A stretch of 64,000 nucleotides of DNA from Podarcis vaucheri (GCA_965113315.1 OZ220363.1); one strand, 5' to 3'. Positions 37,608 to 51,647 are shown, numbered from the stretch's first letter. Made by a program: numbers and translations. Notes: generated from the sequence alone by a model not told the origin.

Positions 37608-38902
37608 GTTTGTGTTTTAGGCAGCTGGGTGGGTACATCTTCACTATTTGCTTTAGTTTCAACATTATTGAGTTAAACTGAACATTCCACTATACAGGTC
37701 AACCTTGTGGTGCCTGTGAGTGCAGTGGTACCCTTGAAGTTTCCCCCTGGCACCCACTACCTGAACCCCAGCTTACTGGTAGTGAAAGTGGTTATATTCC
37801 CCCCTCCAAAAAGTGCATAAAGACAGAAGTTGGCAGAGTGACTCCCACTTCAACTTCCAGCTGTGTGCTTTTCAATGCACAGATTAGTTCTGTTGCAGGC
37901 ATATCCAACTCCCAAGAAACTGCGATCTACTCCCAGTATAAAAAAACTGGCAGTGATCTACCCATTGTCATTGGAGGGAGGAGGAGCATGTGTGGGGTGG
38001 GTGGATTGCCCAGAGTTGTTGAGCTTTTTGGGGGGAGGATTGCACAGAGTTTTTTTGCTTTTCCCTTGCAACTTTTTGTACGTGATAAGGATCCCACGAT
38101 CTACCAGGATCAGCCGGGGATCTACCGGTAGATCACAATCTACTCGTTAGACACCCGTGTTCTATTGAAACAGACTTTTTATGCAGGTTCCTTGGAAAAG
38201 CAAATAGTACATACTTATACTCTCCTGGGTCCACTTGCCTGTAGTGGGTATAGTTACTCACATACTTGCCACACACAGGAGAAACCACAATGCCCTCTTA
38301 AGCTAACCCGTTGCAGGTCAGCTGAGGAAGGGGGTTATCACTCCTCTCAGTTCATCAGATGATGACTGAGGTGGAAACAATTTCCATCCTTGTAAGAGCA
38401 ATGGACACCACTCCCACCCCACCCCCAGTGCTGTGTCTACTCTTTAAATTTCTTTTTCCTGCTGCCAGCAGAATTAGTAAAACAGAGCTTTCCAAACTGT
38501 GTTGCAACACGTTAGTGTGTTGGTGTGTTGTGCGAATGCTCCCCACGCTTCTCCCAGGGCAGGAAAGGGGTTAGTTTAACCTCAGGTTTGCTAGTAAAAC
38601 TGAATTACTGTGTCACAAAATGAAGCATGTCTAAAAAGTTTGTCACCAACATGAAAAGTTTGGAAGCTCTGCAGTGGAGTCTTGACGAGCCTCAAAAATT
38701 GGCTCGGGGGCCAAATACATCTCCTAAACTTAGGGTGGGGAAGTCATTCCTACTTAACCTGAAATGAGGGCTCAAAATAGATCATTGGTTTTGTTTTACT
38801 CTCTGATGGATTGAAAGTAGTGCCATGCTGTTAACTCTGCGTGAAACATAACTGTTCTGAAGTAGAAGGCACTAATATTTTCCATCTTTTGCTGTGCTAC
38901 AG

Positions 38903-39061
38903 GCCTCAAAGACCTCATCTTGGCAGGCTGCTCCTGGTCAGCAGTGTCTGCTCTCAGTACCTCCACCTGCCCCCTTCTCAGGACACTTGATCTTCGGTGG
39001 GCAGTAGGAATCAAGGACCCTCAGATTCGGGACTTGCTCACACCTCCATCAGATAAACCCA
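38903..39061 (+). CDS. KDM2A: KDM2A exon 19 (LRR)
   Basis: [52 protein letters not shown](S); 159 bp. Confidence 0.95.
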
Positions 39062-39255
39062 GTATGTTTTGCCTTCTGGATATACCAGTATGTTGTGCTT
39101 GCTAGTGAGGTGGGGAAGGGTGAAAGCTGACAAGAGTTGGATGCAATGCAGGTCTTAAAAGGGAAAAATTCTGACCAGACGGTGTAATTTCTACTTGCAT
39201 GCTCTAGAGAAACAAGAGACTGTGCCTTCCAACTTACTTGCATATCTTCCTACAG

Positions 39256-39471
39256 GCCAAGACAATCGCAGCAAACTCCGTAACATGATAGACTTCCGGT
39301 TGGCTGGGCTGGACATAACTGATGCCACACTCCGGCTCATCATTCGCCACATGCCTCTGCTCTCACGACTTGATCTTAGTCACTGCAATCACCTTACGGA
39401 CCAGTCAACCAACCTATTAACAGCTGTGGGGTCTTCCACGCGAAACTCGCTCACTGAAATCAACATGGCAG
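39256..39471 (+). CDS. KDM2A: KDM2A exon 20 (LRR)
   Basis: [43 protein letters not shown]...LTEINMA(G); 216 bp. Confidence 0.96.
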
Positions 39472-40601
39472 GTTTGTGCATCTTTGACCGTTCCCCCCAC
39501 ATACTAAGGGCTATGGACCATGTAAAATGGGTGGGAAACCTCTGATCTGTTGGCCGCATTTGATCCATCAGCGGTTCAGCTGTGAAGGAGGTAAAGATGT
39601 GGCTCCCAATTGTGCATTTGCAAGGGAAAGTGGGCTTTGACTCGACCACCCCTCAGCTGGAGCTTTGGAAGCCCTGTGCAGTGATCCAGCAGGCAGCTGT
39701 CTGTCTGTTCCATCACTGTGAGAGGCTTGCAAAGCTCTTGGTGCAGAGGTCCTCACCCCACCCCACCCAACAGCCAGCTGGCTATTGGGCGCAGCTGCAC
39801 AAGGGATTTTGACAGGTGGGCAATTCCGCCCACCTTACAAGTTTACCCCTAATGTAAAGGCTGTATGCCCTCTTGCCTCACCGAGGTTTCTCTTTTGCTG
39901 GAAGAAGTTTTTGCTCCAGACCAGAGGGATAAATGAAGGATTTAGTCCCAGCAGCCTCATGATGAGGCAAGTGTTATTTCCCTTTTTTACAGGCCTCCCC
40001 CACCCTGCAGCCCTCATTGTTTGTGGGGTTAACAAAATAGTAATCTGAGGCTGCACTTAATCTTCAAGTATTCAGATCTGGATATACTGCAATACTGTCT
40101 TCTTTAAAAGCATTTGTAGTGACATATTTTAAGCTTGTATCCCTATGTAGCAGAAACACATACCACCTCAATATGCAGTGCAGGCTGACAGATCATGCCA
40201 GATGGAAAAGGAGCCTTAAGGGAAATAATCATGTTCCAGCTTTTCTCTCTCCCTCTAGCATAAGAAACTGCTACTAAGGGTCTCATGGTTCACTGTTGCC
40301 TGATTCACAAAGAGTGGCTGCCTATGTGTGTCTTGTCAATACAAAAGTCAGACTTGTTCATATTAAGCTGTCAAAAGTTGTGAGGCTTATCAGGTTGAGG
40401 TGTGTTGGTATTCAAACAAGCAAGTGCTCTTAAGAGTTTGAATAGAAGAATCACACTTGCAAACCAGAAGAATCATTTGTGTCATGTAAGAGTCTGGACA
40501 CTTCGTATTTTCTGAGTATTTATACCAGTGCATTTGTTCTCTGAACACCTTTGTGGCGCTAGCCATTATGCAAATAATGGCACTTGTCATCTTCTCCACA
40601 G

Positions 40602-40783
40602 GCTGCAATAAGCTCACAGACCAGTCCCTGCTGTACCTGCGGCGCATCTCTAACGTCACCCTGATAGACCTGCGTGGTTGCAAGCAGATCACCCGCAAGG
40701 CCTGTGAGCACTTCATCTCAGACCTGTCAATCAACAGCCTCTATTGCCTGTCTGATGAAAAGCTGATCCAGAAAATCAGCTAG
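40602..40783 (+). CDS. KDM2A: KDM2A exon 21, coding part to TAG
   Basis: CNKLTDQSLLYLRRISNVTLIDLRGCKQITRKACEHFISDLSINSLYCLSDEKLIQKIS*. Confidence 0.97.
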
Positions 40784-43360
40784 AGATTTGCCACACACAG
40801 ACTGAAGAGAAGGAAAGATCCCAGACAAACCCCTCTTGGAGAGCAGACCCTTTCCTCCCCTCCCCCGTTTCCCCCACATCCACAGGCAGGGAAGATGCCT
40901 GTCTGACTGTGACTGTAATGTCCCTCCTCTCCTTGGGACTTCTGCAGACCAGAAAATCTCACCAGGCATTTGAGGAAGTGGCGAGATTGCTGGACGGGTG
41001 CTCTTGTGGGGTGCTTGCTCATCAGCTACATGCTCTAACTTGATGTTTTGTAGCAGCATTTTCAAGGGGGACGTGCCCCTTTCCTTTCTTCTCAACCCTT
41101 CCCCCTCTACCATTATATCCCACAAAAAAACAACTATACTTACCCATCAGATTGTGGGGGGAGGATCAGACCTGGATGGTGTAGAGCAGGTGCACTTTTG
41201 CACCCTGTTTCCCTGCTGTCTTGGTATGCAATTTCTTAATATGTCATTGGGCTTGGGAGTCACTTCTGCTGCCCTTCCACACTCTGCTAAGCTTTCTTTC
41301 CTTGCCCTTCAGCAGCTGAACGGGCAGCAACTGCTCTGGGCTGATTACGCAGAGCAGTAGTGTAATGTCTACAGCAGCAGTGCCTCTTGTCTGGTAAGGG
41401 ACTCTCCATGTGCCCCCAGGTCAGCCTGCAGGCACCTTCCAACATGAGACTAGAGCGGGGGTGGCTAAGTGTTCATATGGAGGGAACCATGTTCTTGCCG
41501 TCAACTTTCCCAAGAAGGGGAGTTAAGCGAGCATGCTCCTCCTCTGAAAAGATGGCGTTTGTAGAGGGAAAGCTGCAACAGAGCTTGGAGGCTTGGGAGG
41601 CACCTAGTGGGATTTCTTACACCAGCGGAAGTGGTCTCTGTCCCATAGTCTGTGGAAATGAGCATTCTTGGGAGATGCTGGCCGACGAAGAAATGCCTCC
41701 ATCTTGAGGTGCATAGCTGTTTGCTCTTGAGCTGGGAGACGGGTCAATGCCCCATTAGCTGCCTCTCTTTCTTTGCAATGAATGGCCGGTCCAAAGAACT
41801 TCTCTCTTGGGCAGCAGAGAGCTTTTTGCACTTTAGAAAGAAAGGTAATATTTTGGAACCCTATTTTATTTCCCCCTGCCCGAGTGACTGGACACTCCTT
41901 CCAGCTGTCTGAGCTTGTCAGGGTTTGAATGCACACTTTGCACTCTGCTCTCTTCCCCATAGCGATAGCACAAATTAGACTGCCCTTCACCCCGCCTCCC
42001 CCTCTGAGCCTCGCATGGCAAAAAAGAGCTCTCCAGTGTCTGCGCAGCAAGGGAAAGGAGGAATCTGGAGGAAAGCCCAATCCACCCTCGCTGCTTCTGA
42101 AGCAATAAGGGAGGGGGAGGAATCCACCCCATAGCTCTCTCAATTGCCCAGCCCGATTGCATTGAATGCTGCGGCACCTGAGCCTCAGGGAAGAGCAGCT
42201 TCCCCTGCACTGATGGGGGTGGGGGATAAATATCTAGATCTACTGAATCCCAGAGGTTCCCCCTCACTTCCACATGAGGAGCAGGCTTCTTTGCCGAGAG
42301 GACAATGCTAGTGTGATGAGTTCCAGAGTGCCTCAGTACACAGGAGCTTTGCTGCAAATTGATTTTTTCTACAGAAAACGCCCACTGATCTTCTTCTAGA
42401 AGTGGAAACCTTCTGCCTTGTTGTGTTGGCTCCTGTGGAAAAAAAAATTGTAGAATCAATCTCTTGCTTTTGTTTTCTTTCAAAAGAGGAAGGTGAGAAT
42501 AGCCATAAATAGGAGGTTCAAGTGCATCAGCCCAGATAACTCCCACGGAGATCTCTAGGCTCTGGATATTTTGTGTTTTGTTTTGTTTTTCCAAAGTGGG
42601 AGCACCTTCACAACTCTCCATATGCATTGGTCAGCCGGAGAAGTGCTGAAATGCAGCAAGTTGGCATGTCAGGAGCATTTGTCTGGGAAGAATCTCGTCC
42701 TGCGGCAAGAGGGATAAAACAAGTAGCAGACTGATCGGGTGGGGTATTGGCTTCGCTGTCCTACAGCCTTCTCAAATGTGGCCCTCAAATGACTGTGGCT
42801 TAAACTTCAAAGCAAATTGTGATACTTCAATGCCTAAACTGGCCCCCACCTCAGAGGGCAAGTGATGACATAAAGGAAAGAGAAATTATATATGAAATCA
42901 CTTAGTGATTTAAAACAAAAACATGCTCCCTAAATAAATCTCCCTAAAGAAAGTCACTATTGTCTAAAAGGGTTTGGTTGTTCTTTTGTGTTCTTTTGTT
43001 TTTGTTTTTTTTTTTTGAAGAAATTGTAAATATATATTTTTTGTTGCTAACTTAGAGTCAATCTCCAATGTTGTGCTTTAAAATTAAATGTAAACATTAA
43101 GGGTAAAAGAAACCAAGTCTTGCGCTCTCTCGGTTGACATGTTTAGGGTTGGGGGATATTTGGGGCTAAAGGGAGGGGAGCTAGTTGGGATTTTTTCATT
43201 TTCTAATCATTTGCCAATATTGGTTTTAGAGAATCTTTCCTCAAACATATTACCACAGGAATGAGAGACAAGTGAAAGGGGGAAGACAAGATACCAGCCT
43301 CTGAAGGGAGACCTTGTTTCATGGGGTGGATTTTGGAATAAAAATTTCAAGAAAAAACAT
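40784..43360 (+). other. KDM2A: KDM2A 3' UTR (end approximate)
   Basis: Follows stop; free of recognisable interspersed repeats; ends in AU-rich block with poly(A) hexamers. Confidence 0.7.
43083..43342 (+). terminator. Candidate KDM2A poly(A) signals ATTAAA (43083-43088) and AATAAA (43337-43342)
   Basis: Hexamers seen; GU/U-rich sequence follows the first at ~43117-43150; which is used cannot be told. Confidence 0.55.
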
Positions 43361-44721
43361 GCGGGTCTGCATATTGATTGCAATGTGAGCTCAAATTCAA
43401 GGGCAACTACAGTCTGAATGAGAGAACCCAGTGGGTAATTTATCCTCCCTATATATAGGGACTTGTGTATCCCATGCTATTAAAATTTTGTACTCAGGCA
43501 ATCCAAATTCTGTGTCCAGAAAAACTGAATTCTCTTAACTTGCATCAGTTACACAACCTTGTTCATTCTGCATAGCTTTGTATTTTTTAAAAAAATATAT
43601 AATTATGCCAACTTAGCTAGACATGGGAGGTGGACATTGAACTAAACTGGGTACTTGAAGCCCTATTCTCAACCCTTGGAAATACTGCTTTAAGATTTTA
43701 GCAAGCATTACTCCTACATTTTCAAGCATACCTTAAAAGTCACGAGGACTAAGAAGTTTTCTTTAAAAATGATGCTAAATTCTGCATTGTGTACCATTTT
43801 CTGCATGCCAAGAGTATTGCAGCATATAAATAGCCCTGCTTATATCAAATAGAGGAGTGTTTCCAGGACCACCACACAATTCTAGGTCAAAGGACCCATT
43901 ACTATAGTTGAAGCCCTTAAGCTTGTTTGGTCTTAGATGGAACATTGTAATGACATTGTGGGCTGTAAGCTCATTGGTAATTTGTAAAAGATAGTGATAT
44001 TGTTGCACTTCAAGATGGTAATTGAGTTTCAAGATACGTTTATGAGATAACCAAGGTGTGAAACTTTATTTCCTTGTAGAGCAGAATAACAAAAACTGAG
44101 CAAAATAACATTGAGATAGAATTCCATTGCAATAGCCGCATGATTCAAACTCCCAACGCCATCTTCCAGGAATCATGTGTTTTGCTATTAGTTTTGCACT
44201 CTTTACCTAGCACATTGGGTTAGCAAATTTGTAAGGCACAGCCACCTCCCAAATACTGATATTCATCCCAATCTTCTGGCATTCTTTTGCATTCACAATT
44301 TGTTACATTTTCCTTTCATGCCCAATTAGTACTTTATTTTCTCCAATCCCTTTCCCTGTCAGCTTTTTAATTTTACTGGCTTCTTGCATTGCTCCTACCT
44401 GAGATACAACGTAATCCTTTCCTAAACGAGAATATGTTTTTATCATAATTTAATGTAAAAGTAACACATAAATTTCTTATCTGTTTTGTGTGCAAGGTAC
44501 AGGTGTATCAAGGGCATTTAAGTTGGCTGTTCTTGTTAGTTAATTCTATTTGTAGACCACCCTGTACCTGTAGATCTCAGGGCTGTTGTGAGGGACTATC
44601 CAATTAAAAAAAAAAAATCAGACATTTATTTTTAACAGGCTATAGCATCTATATCTGGCCTTATACTTTCTTAATATTACTAAATATATTGGTACTCTTC
44701 AAACTATATGAATATCAACAA

Positions 44722-44865
44722 TGAGAGGTGGTGGACTCTCCTTCCTTGGAGGTTTTTAAACAGGTTGGGTGGCTATCTGTCATGGATGCTATAGCTGAGA
44801 TTCCTGCATTGCAGGGGGTTAGACTAGATGACCCTTGGATCCCTTCCAACTCCAAGATTCTATGA
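44722..44865 (+). mobile_element. CR1 LINE 3' end
   Basis: TTGGAGGTTTTTAA..GCAGGGGGTTAGACTAGATGACC..CCCTTCCAACTC..GATTCTATGA. Confidence 0.8.
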
Positions 44866-47675
44866 TAATATCTGAACTATTTATCCAGTCCTTTCTGGCT
44901 CACATGCTACAACCTGTTGATATAAATGTAACTTCAGGGCACTGTGGCCAAAATTGCTGGACTCAATTTTTAAAACATATTGGAAAAATCGGAAAAGGCT
45001 CGGGAAAATGAGTACTGTAGATACCTGGGGGATAGGGGAAAGATCTCTATATAAGCTGCCCTGGGAACACTGTAGTGTTGAGGATACAGGATAAAGCTGT
45101 CAAATAAAAACAGAAGTTGGCTTCTGATAGGAGCAAGTGCTAATCTAGCAGAAGTATATGACAGCTGCTAGCTGAAAACAAATCAGGTAAATCTAGTTCA
45201 TGAAGACAAAAAGTTCATAATAGCAAGGCCAACTCTTTGGAGCCCTTTACTGAATAGCCTTTGGGGCACTTATTGAAGATGCCCTGACTTAACAAGTGAC
45301 TGAGAAAGTGCAGCATGAAATATGCTGGCCTATAAGGAAAGCAAAGACCATGTGAGCTCATACTCTCAGATCTGTAAAAGAGTGTTAAACATGTCACTTC
45401 CTTAGCATATGTATATGAAAGCCATCAAAAGAATCTTTGTAAGAAATGGAATTAACGAAGTGTCTTCTGCAGGTTGGTTTGCAAGCTTCTCTTAGGAAAT
45501 GAGGTATACCGTACTTTGCATTCTGTCAAAAGCTAATGCTGATGGTATATCCTTTATAACTGAAACCGAATGAAATGTTAGAAGGTGGAAGCAAACCTCA
45601 AAGACTGCAGCTGTCATGCAGTGATGCATTTGGACTGTCTTGAGCAGCCCCAGGTTTAATCCCTGGCATCTCCCAATTAAAAGGATCTCTAGAAGTAAGA
45701 CATCTGTGTGTGGCCTAGCAGATCCACCACCAGCTCTGGCCTAAATTGACCAGTTTTCCGACTCCATATAAGGCAATATTTTATATGCACCAGCATCTTT
45801 GCTACTTTGGAAACACTGTCTCTCATTGGTTGCACAATTGTCAGATAATAGAGCACAAATAGTCGAGATTAATAGCAAATTAATTTCCTTTGATTTTTTT
45901 TTAAATTATATTTCTGTTTGTGAAAATATTAATTTCTCTCTCTTTGGCAGCATTGAAGCTGTGCTTTCTATTGTCCCAGCTCCCACCACCCCAACCACCA
46001 CCCTTCAAAAGCAAGCATTGGTATATGTTGCCACCGTTTAACTTGAAGCCTCAAATTTGGGCAATGTTTGTGGCTACAAATTGCTTCCTCCCTCTTGGAG
46101 GAAAAGTACCATCTGCTGAGCTTAATTTATAATCTCCATATTTGGGGCCTTTAAACATCTCCCTAGAGTCCAATTTCCTAAATCCATACCACCCTCTTCC
46201 TCATCATGGATTGATTAAAACCAGAAAATTGCTACTTGAGCCAACAGCAGCTTTCGGATGTTCTGATACTCTGCAGACAATTTCTTTGTGTATATCCACA
46301 AACCATGAGGTGGGCAAAATATTTTTGATTTAGATTAATTGATGTTTGGGGTCTCCGTATCACAAGAGAAGGATATGTGCTGTGTACCTCTTAATCTGTG
46401 TGCTTGGTCTGGAAGAAGTTGAGTGTTCTCTGAGGAAGTTTTTCAGGAAAGATCAGATCATAAGATTCGCACTTAAATGCCCACAAGGTTCTAGATTTTG
46501 AATTTTGAAGCATCCTGATGTAAAATACAGAAGGCTCCTGCACCCTCGCTCATGGATATGTTTTGGTGTATCTGCAAAATAGCAATGCATTTTAAAAACC
46601 AACATGAGTACAGTCTTTCATACAAGCAATTCTACACATGTATAGACAACATGTAAGCACATTCAGTGCAAGAGGTGAACAACCCTGCAGACACTGGCAC
46701 AACCAGGTCACTGGAGGATGAAAAATAAATCCATATACCAGGGGGCTGTGCTTGGCCAGATGTCTCTACATATTTATTTGCAAATGTGCATCTCCCCTTC
46801 AAATATTCATGCTGTTCACCATGTAGTTATTGGTACCAGTTGGCCAGTATTTTCCTGGCCTAATTAGTAAAGCCATAATATCAAAAGTTGGCCACCCTGT
46901 GTGAGCACACCAGGAACATCTTACCGGGGTCAGGTGTAGAATGGTATTGAGGTTCTATATTAAAACAATGTTAATTTGCTCTATTTACTTTATTACCTTA
47001 TTTATGTATTTACTTACTAGTCATTTGTTAGCTTTGTTTTGTTCTTCCACCAAAGTATCCTAAGATGCCTGAATCAAGCCAGTGAGGGAAAATAATTAAG
47101 TCTACAATCCTTTCTACCTGGGAGCAAATTCAATGGGACTTACCTTGTGTGTGCATGGCAAATAGCTTGGGATCTAAGTTAGTAGATAGTATAGACATAC
47201 GCCATCTGTTAGATTTCTATCCACAAAGATTTACTACTCAAACTTGAACCTTGTTGTAGGTAGCTAAGAGAATATTTTAGTTGCTCAAACTGTAGAGTGA
47301 GTTGGTACAAGGCTTTACAGGCAGAGAGGCGATTGTTGCATAATTTTACATTTACAAATGCCCTGCGATGTAACATACATAACATGAGAAAGCTTGAAAT
47401 CTGTGGGATGGGGGAAATTAAATTGTGGTGGGGGAAATTAAATAGTGGAAAAAGGGGGCCAGATCTTGAAATGGCTTTCCAGAGTATGTTTGTAGTATTA
47501 GTATTGTCTCTTACTTTTCCATAAGGTTGTCAGCTTTGAGTCCCCATTTCTGCAAAAACCATTTTTCAGATGAGGTTTAACCCAATATTACTTCTCTAAT
47601 TGTTACAAAGCAGAGAAAGCCCCTTGGGAGAATTTGGAAACCCTTCAGCAAAGGCTGTTTTCTATTGGTCTAAGC

Positions 47676-48394
47676 CAGGGTCGGCAAACTACAGTCCAGG
47701 GCCCGGATACGGCCCACCAGGCTCATAAATCCAGCCCGCAGAACCTGCCGCCCGCTCGGTCAGGCCCTGTGCTGAGCTAAACCAGCACAGCATGGCATTT
47801 CCTTGAAAAGAAGCTGCAGACGCCTCACCGCACTGGGACTGACTTCCGCAACGCTGGCACAGCTTCAGATTGGCTGCGGGAAGCTCCTGCAGCCAATCCG
47901 AAGCCTCGCCACCCGCATGCTGAGGTAAACCCGGCTCAGCCATGGACGGAGAGCCATGGGCATCATGACGGGCAAGTCGTGGGCTTCAGCCAGAGCTTGG
48001 CATGCCTGTTGGCCCCGCGCCTGGCGCTCGGCTCAGCACACCTGCTGGTGGCGCACTCAGCAGCCGCGCTGGAACAGCTGGAGGGTGAGCTGCATGTGCG
48101 GCCTGCCTGCCAATCTGGCCTCAAACGATCAGCCGCAGCACATGGTGCACACCACTTGAGGGGTGCTCTGCAGGGAAAGGCTGTGGAGAGGCTGCTGCTC
48201 GTCAACAACGCCAGTGAGCGGGGGGCACCGAAACGCACTCCTGAGCACGTGCAGAGTACATTCCTCCAGGTCTGGAGGCAGCTGCAGGACTGGCTTGCAG
48301 GGTATTTATATTTTTCAAAATATAGTCCATCCGTCCCCACAAGGTCTGAGGGACAGTGGACCGGCCCCCTGATGAAAAAGTTTGCTGACCCTTG
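47676..48394. mobile_element. Non-autonomous hAT (Charlie-type) element
   Basis: CAGGGTCGGCAAACT / AGTTTGCTGACCCTTG TIRs; 8-bp TSD GTCTAAGC/ATCTAAGC; GC-rich interior. Confidence 0.85.
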
Positions 48395-48466
48395 ATCTAA
48401 GCTCATATATCTAACCAGACTAAAGTTCTAATGTGCACTGGAGGCCTGAATATCCTAGCTGCCATT

Positions 48467-48467
<1 letters not shown>

Positions 48468-48501
<34 letters not shown>
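48468..48501. repeat. (AG)n microsatellite
   Basis: ~17 units. Confidence 0.95.
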
Positions 48502-48503
<2 letters not shown>

Positions 48504-50096
48504 TTTTCTACCTAGATACAGAGGGATGATTTAAAATGATACCGCATCTATAAAAGCATCCAGGACAAGAGAATTTAAGAAGGACCTCACTGGGACTTGG
48601 TCACAATCCCATGGCCCTCCTTATAAAATGCAGTCTCTGATTCCTGACCTAGAGCCCACTATCCTAAAGGACTGTTCTGTTCAGTGAGCTGTAAAAGTTG
48701 TTTCATTTTCCTTACTGTCGTGGTGGCTTTCCTCATCCCTTAACCTCCTACAACTTTGCCTTGACTTCTACTTGCCCCACCTGTTGATGACTTTAACAGA
48801 GGTGCTCTGAAGACAGGGCAGCCCCTCTTCCTGCCATTGGCTTAGCTGCTGTGATGTCACAAGAAGGCCCCTGGCCTACGTATAGTAGAGTCACGGGCCA
48901 CATTAGAAGCTAAACACCAAAGTCTTCCATTATTACTTTGTTCCTGTCGTTGAATTCATCTGTAATTACACTGCAGGTTTTGAATGGCACTTCGTTGGTA
49001 AAGATTAATCTGTTATGTGCATGCGCAGAAACACACACATTGAGAGTCTGATAAAAGGCTTGAAAACCAGTCATATACCTGACTCACTATGGATGGCATG
49101 AGTCAAACTTACAGCTCCTGATATTGACTGCTATTTTGGTTGTAAGAAATTAAATATGAGTTATTACTAGTGGGCTTCATCTAATAATCTGTGAAACACT
49201 TCTGCTTGTCGAATTTGGCTGACCAATCTGGATTTTGACTTGCACATTTTGACTTGAGTGTCAGAGACGGGATTGAATTTTGCTGTTTTACTCTGTTGTT
49301 GGCTTCCAACTTAACATATGGAAATGGTCACAAAATCTTGGGCATTCGTATTATGTTGATGACTCACAAGTTAAACTGAAGCTAAGCAGCAATTTTCCAA
49401 CCTGAACCCAATAGTCTTTATTGGAACTAAGCCTGAAATCCTGAACCAGCTTGGTTCTAATTTTTAATAAGCTGTTTCAAAAGATCTCTATTCTGTGTTT
49501 TCTCCATTCGTAGCCCTCCTATGTGGTGTTACAATGTAATAATAAACCACCTAATTCAAGTGATCTTGAATAGCTATTCTAGGAGGTTCCAGAGGGTTTT
49601 TTTCATCCACAATGCTGCTTTTCAAAAGTGTAAGCTACAGTCACCAAATGTTTTCCTTGCCAAGTAAGGTCATAGTGATCCCATTAATAAAAGCTGAGTG
49701 GAGTGTGTCAAGCCATCTATCCATGCAAACATCCTCAAGCATGCAGGGGACTGAAGGCTTTAAGCTATCTTCTCTCAAAGAGGTACCTGGTGTTCAACAA
49801 GCAGCTGTGTGACTGGGGAGATGGGTTTTTGATCCAGAGAAGGGCAGCTAGCCATTTTCTATAAAAAGTCAGAATGGCAGCTTCAGAAATAACCCAATCA
49901 AGTTGTCATAAAAATCCTAGTTCTATCTTCCACTGATTTCTCAGTCAAGCTTATCTTCTGCCCCACAGAGCTGAAGTGAAGTAACAGTGCACACGTTGTC
50001 TGCAGGGCCAAAGAACTGATTCCAAGAAAGGTTGCAGCTTAAAAAGTTGTCCAGTCATTTCCTTGCCAAGGAACAGTGTTCAAAACCAAAACATTT

Positions 50097-50186
50097 GTTT
50101 TTGTTGTTGTTGTTGTTAGTCGTTTAGTCGTGTCCGACTCTTCGTGACCCCATGGACCAGAGCACGCCAGGCACTCCTATCTTCCA
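50097..50186 (-). mobile_element. RTE-BovB 3' end, 5'-truncated
   Basis: (TTG)n-TTAGTCGTGTCCGACTC tail; 10-bp TSD CAAAACATTT. Confidence 0.85.
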
Positions 50187-50778
50187 CAAAACATTTATTT
50201 CATTAAAAAAAAAGCACCTTATCTACGTCACCTTTGCTTCAGACTTGTTTCTTCTTTTGTCAATAGTATGTAAAATGCTTCAAAGATTTGTCAGATTTTA
50301 TCTGTTGCTCGTAATGAATTTTGCCTCTACAACTCTGAAGACCCAAAGTAATTTGTATCTCACAGTAAGATAATAGCTTTAACAGTGTAGACCAGAATTG
50401 AGGGGAAGTTGCTACATGATTACAGTATAGGGCTTACTCCCCTATACTATCTCCCCTACTCAGATCCCTTCTATTTCTGCCTAGCAGGTAATATTCCTTT
50501 CCAGTTCAGGATACTTTAAATATACAGCAAGGGGATACATACAGCAAGACAGAAATTCCACTCCCTGCCTTCCACTGTCATTTGGTTAGTTCATAACCTC
50601 TGGTTCAGAGATTTTCTAGCAAGACTTCTCAAGAAACTGTTCAGAAGCTTCCTCCATGAGATCAATACCAACAGACAAATTTAACTGAAAGTGAAAAGGC
50701 CATAGAGTTCAGTAGGTGATACAGCACATGCCGTGCAGGCAAGAGTCCCAGGTTCAGTTCTTGGACCTTCTCCAAAAG

Positions 50779-50916
50779 CAGGCATGGGGAACCCTTGGCC
50801 CTCCAGATGCTGCTGAACTACAATGCCCAGCAACCCTGGCCATTGGCCAGCTTGCTGGGGCTGATGGGATTTGTAGTGCAGCAACATCTGGAGGACCAAA
50901 GGTTCCTTGCTGCTGT
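50779..50916. mobile_element. Hairpin hAT MITE related to 54835-54970
   Basis: CCTCCAGATGCTGCTG.ACTACA / TGTAGTGCAGCAACATCTGGAGG inverted arms. Confidence 0.7.
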
Positions 50917-51647
50917 CCTGAAAATATCAGGCAATGGGTGATGGGGGAAGAGCCTCTTGCAAAGCGCTAGTGCTTAGTCAGTGTAGTGGATTGTGCTAGG
51001 TGGCTGGAGAGTCTGACTTGGTAGAAAGCAGATTCCTATCTTCTGAAATGCAGCTTTCCCATCGCTCCCAACTTCCCTACCCCAAAGCTAATTTGGGAGG
51101 AGTGGCATCATCTGAACCAAAAGGGTCCCGCTAGTGCTCAGCATATGTATGAGCACACCCTATAATATCCTCTGCAACACACAGGGTGTCCATGATGGCC
51201 TGGCTGAATTCTACAGTAGTCTTTTGATATGGAAAGTCAAGGCAGAAAGTTTGAAAACCACTGTCCTAGTTATGCAGGGCCTAATAAGGAAATGTGTGTT
51301 GGCTTCCCCTGGAGCCCTACAGTACTTTCATCACTTTAAACATATTATTTCCTGGCCACATATATGGCATTTTGCCGGCTTCTCCTCCGCAGGAAAAATT
51401 GGTCTCCTGCCCCAGGGTGGAGAGCGGTTTCTGTTGTATGGCGGCGCTGGTCTCACTTGGGCGAGGATGATAAACAGTAGTTGCTCTTCCTCCTCCTGGC
51501 CCTAGGTGAATGAGCTGGTGTGAACAATTCTGAATTATAGTGAATTCGGATCTGGAGTAGGAGTGGGTAGACTTTGTTAACTTTGTGGCCCCTTTCTGTC
51601 GCTTAGTCTGTGCATATATGGGTGTAGGATCAGAAGCCTAACTACAT

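Noticed and set aside
41604-42627. Antisense ORFs of 253 and 179 aa over the 3' UTR
   Set aside because: No recognisable homology or exon structure; likely chance
47689-48406. ORFs on both strands inside the hAT element
   Set aside because: No transposase features; GC-rich non-autonomous interior
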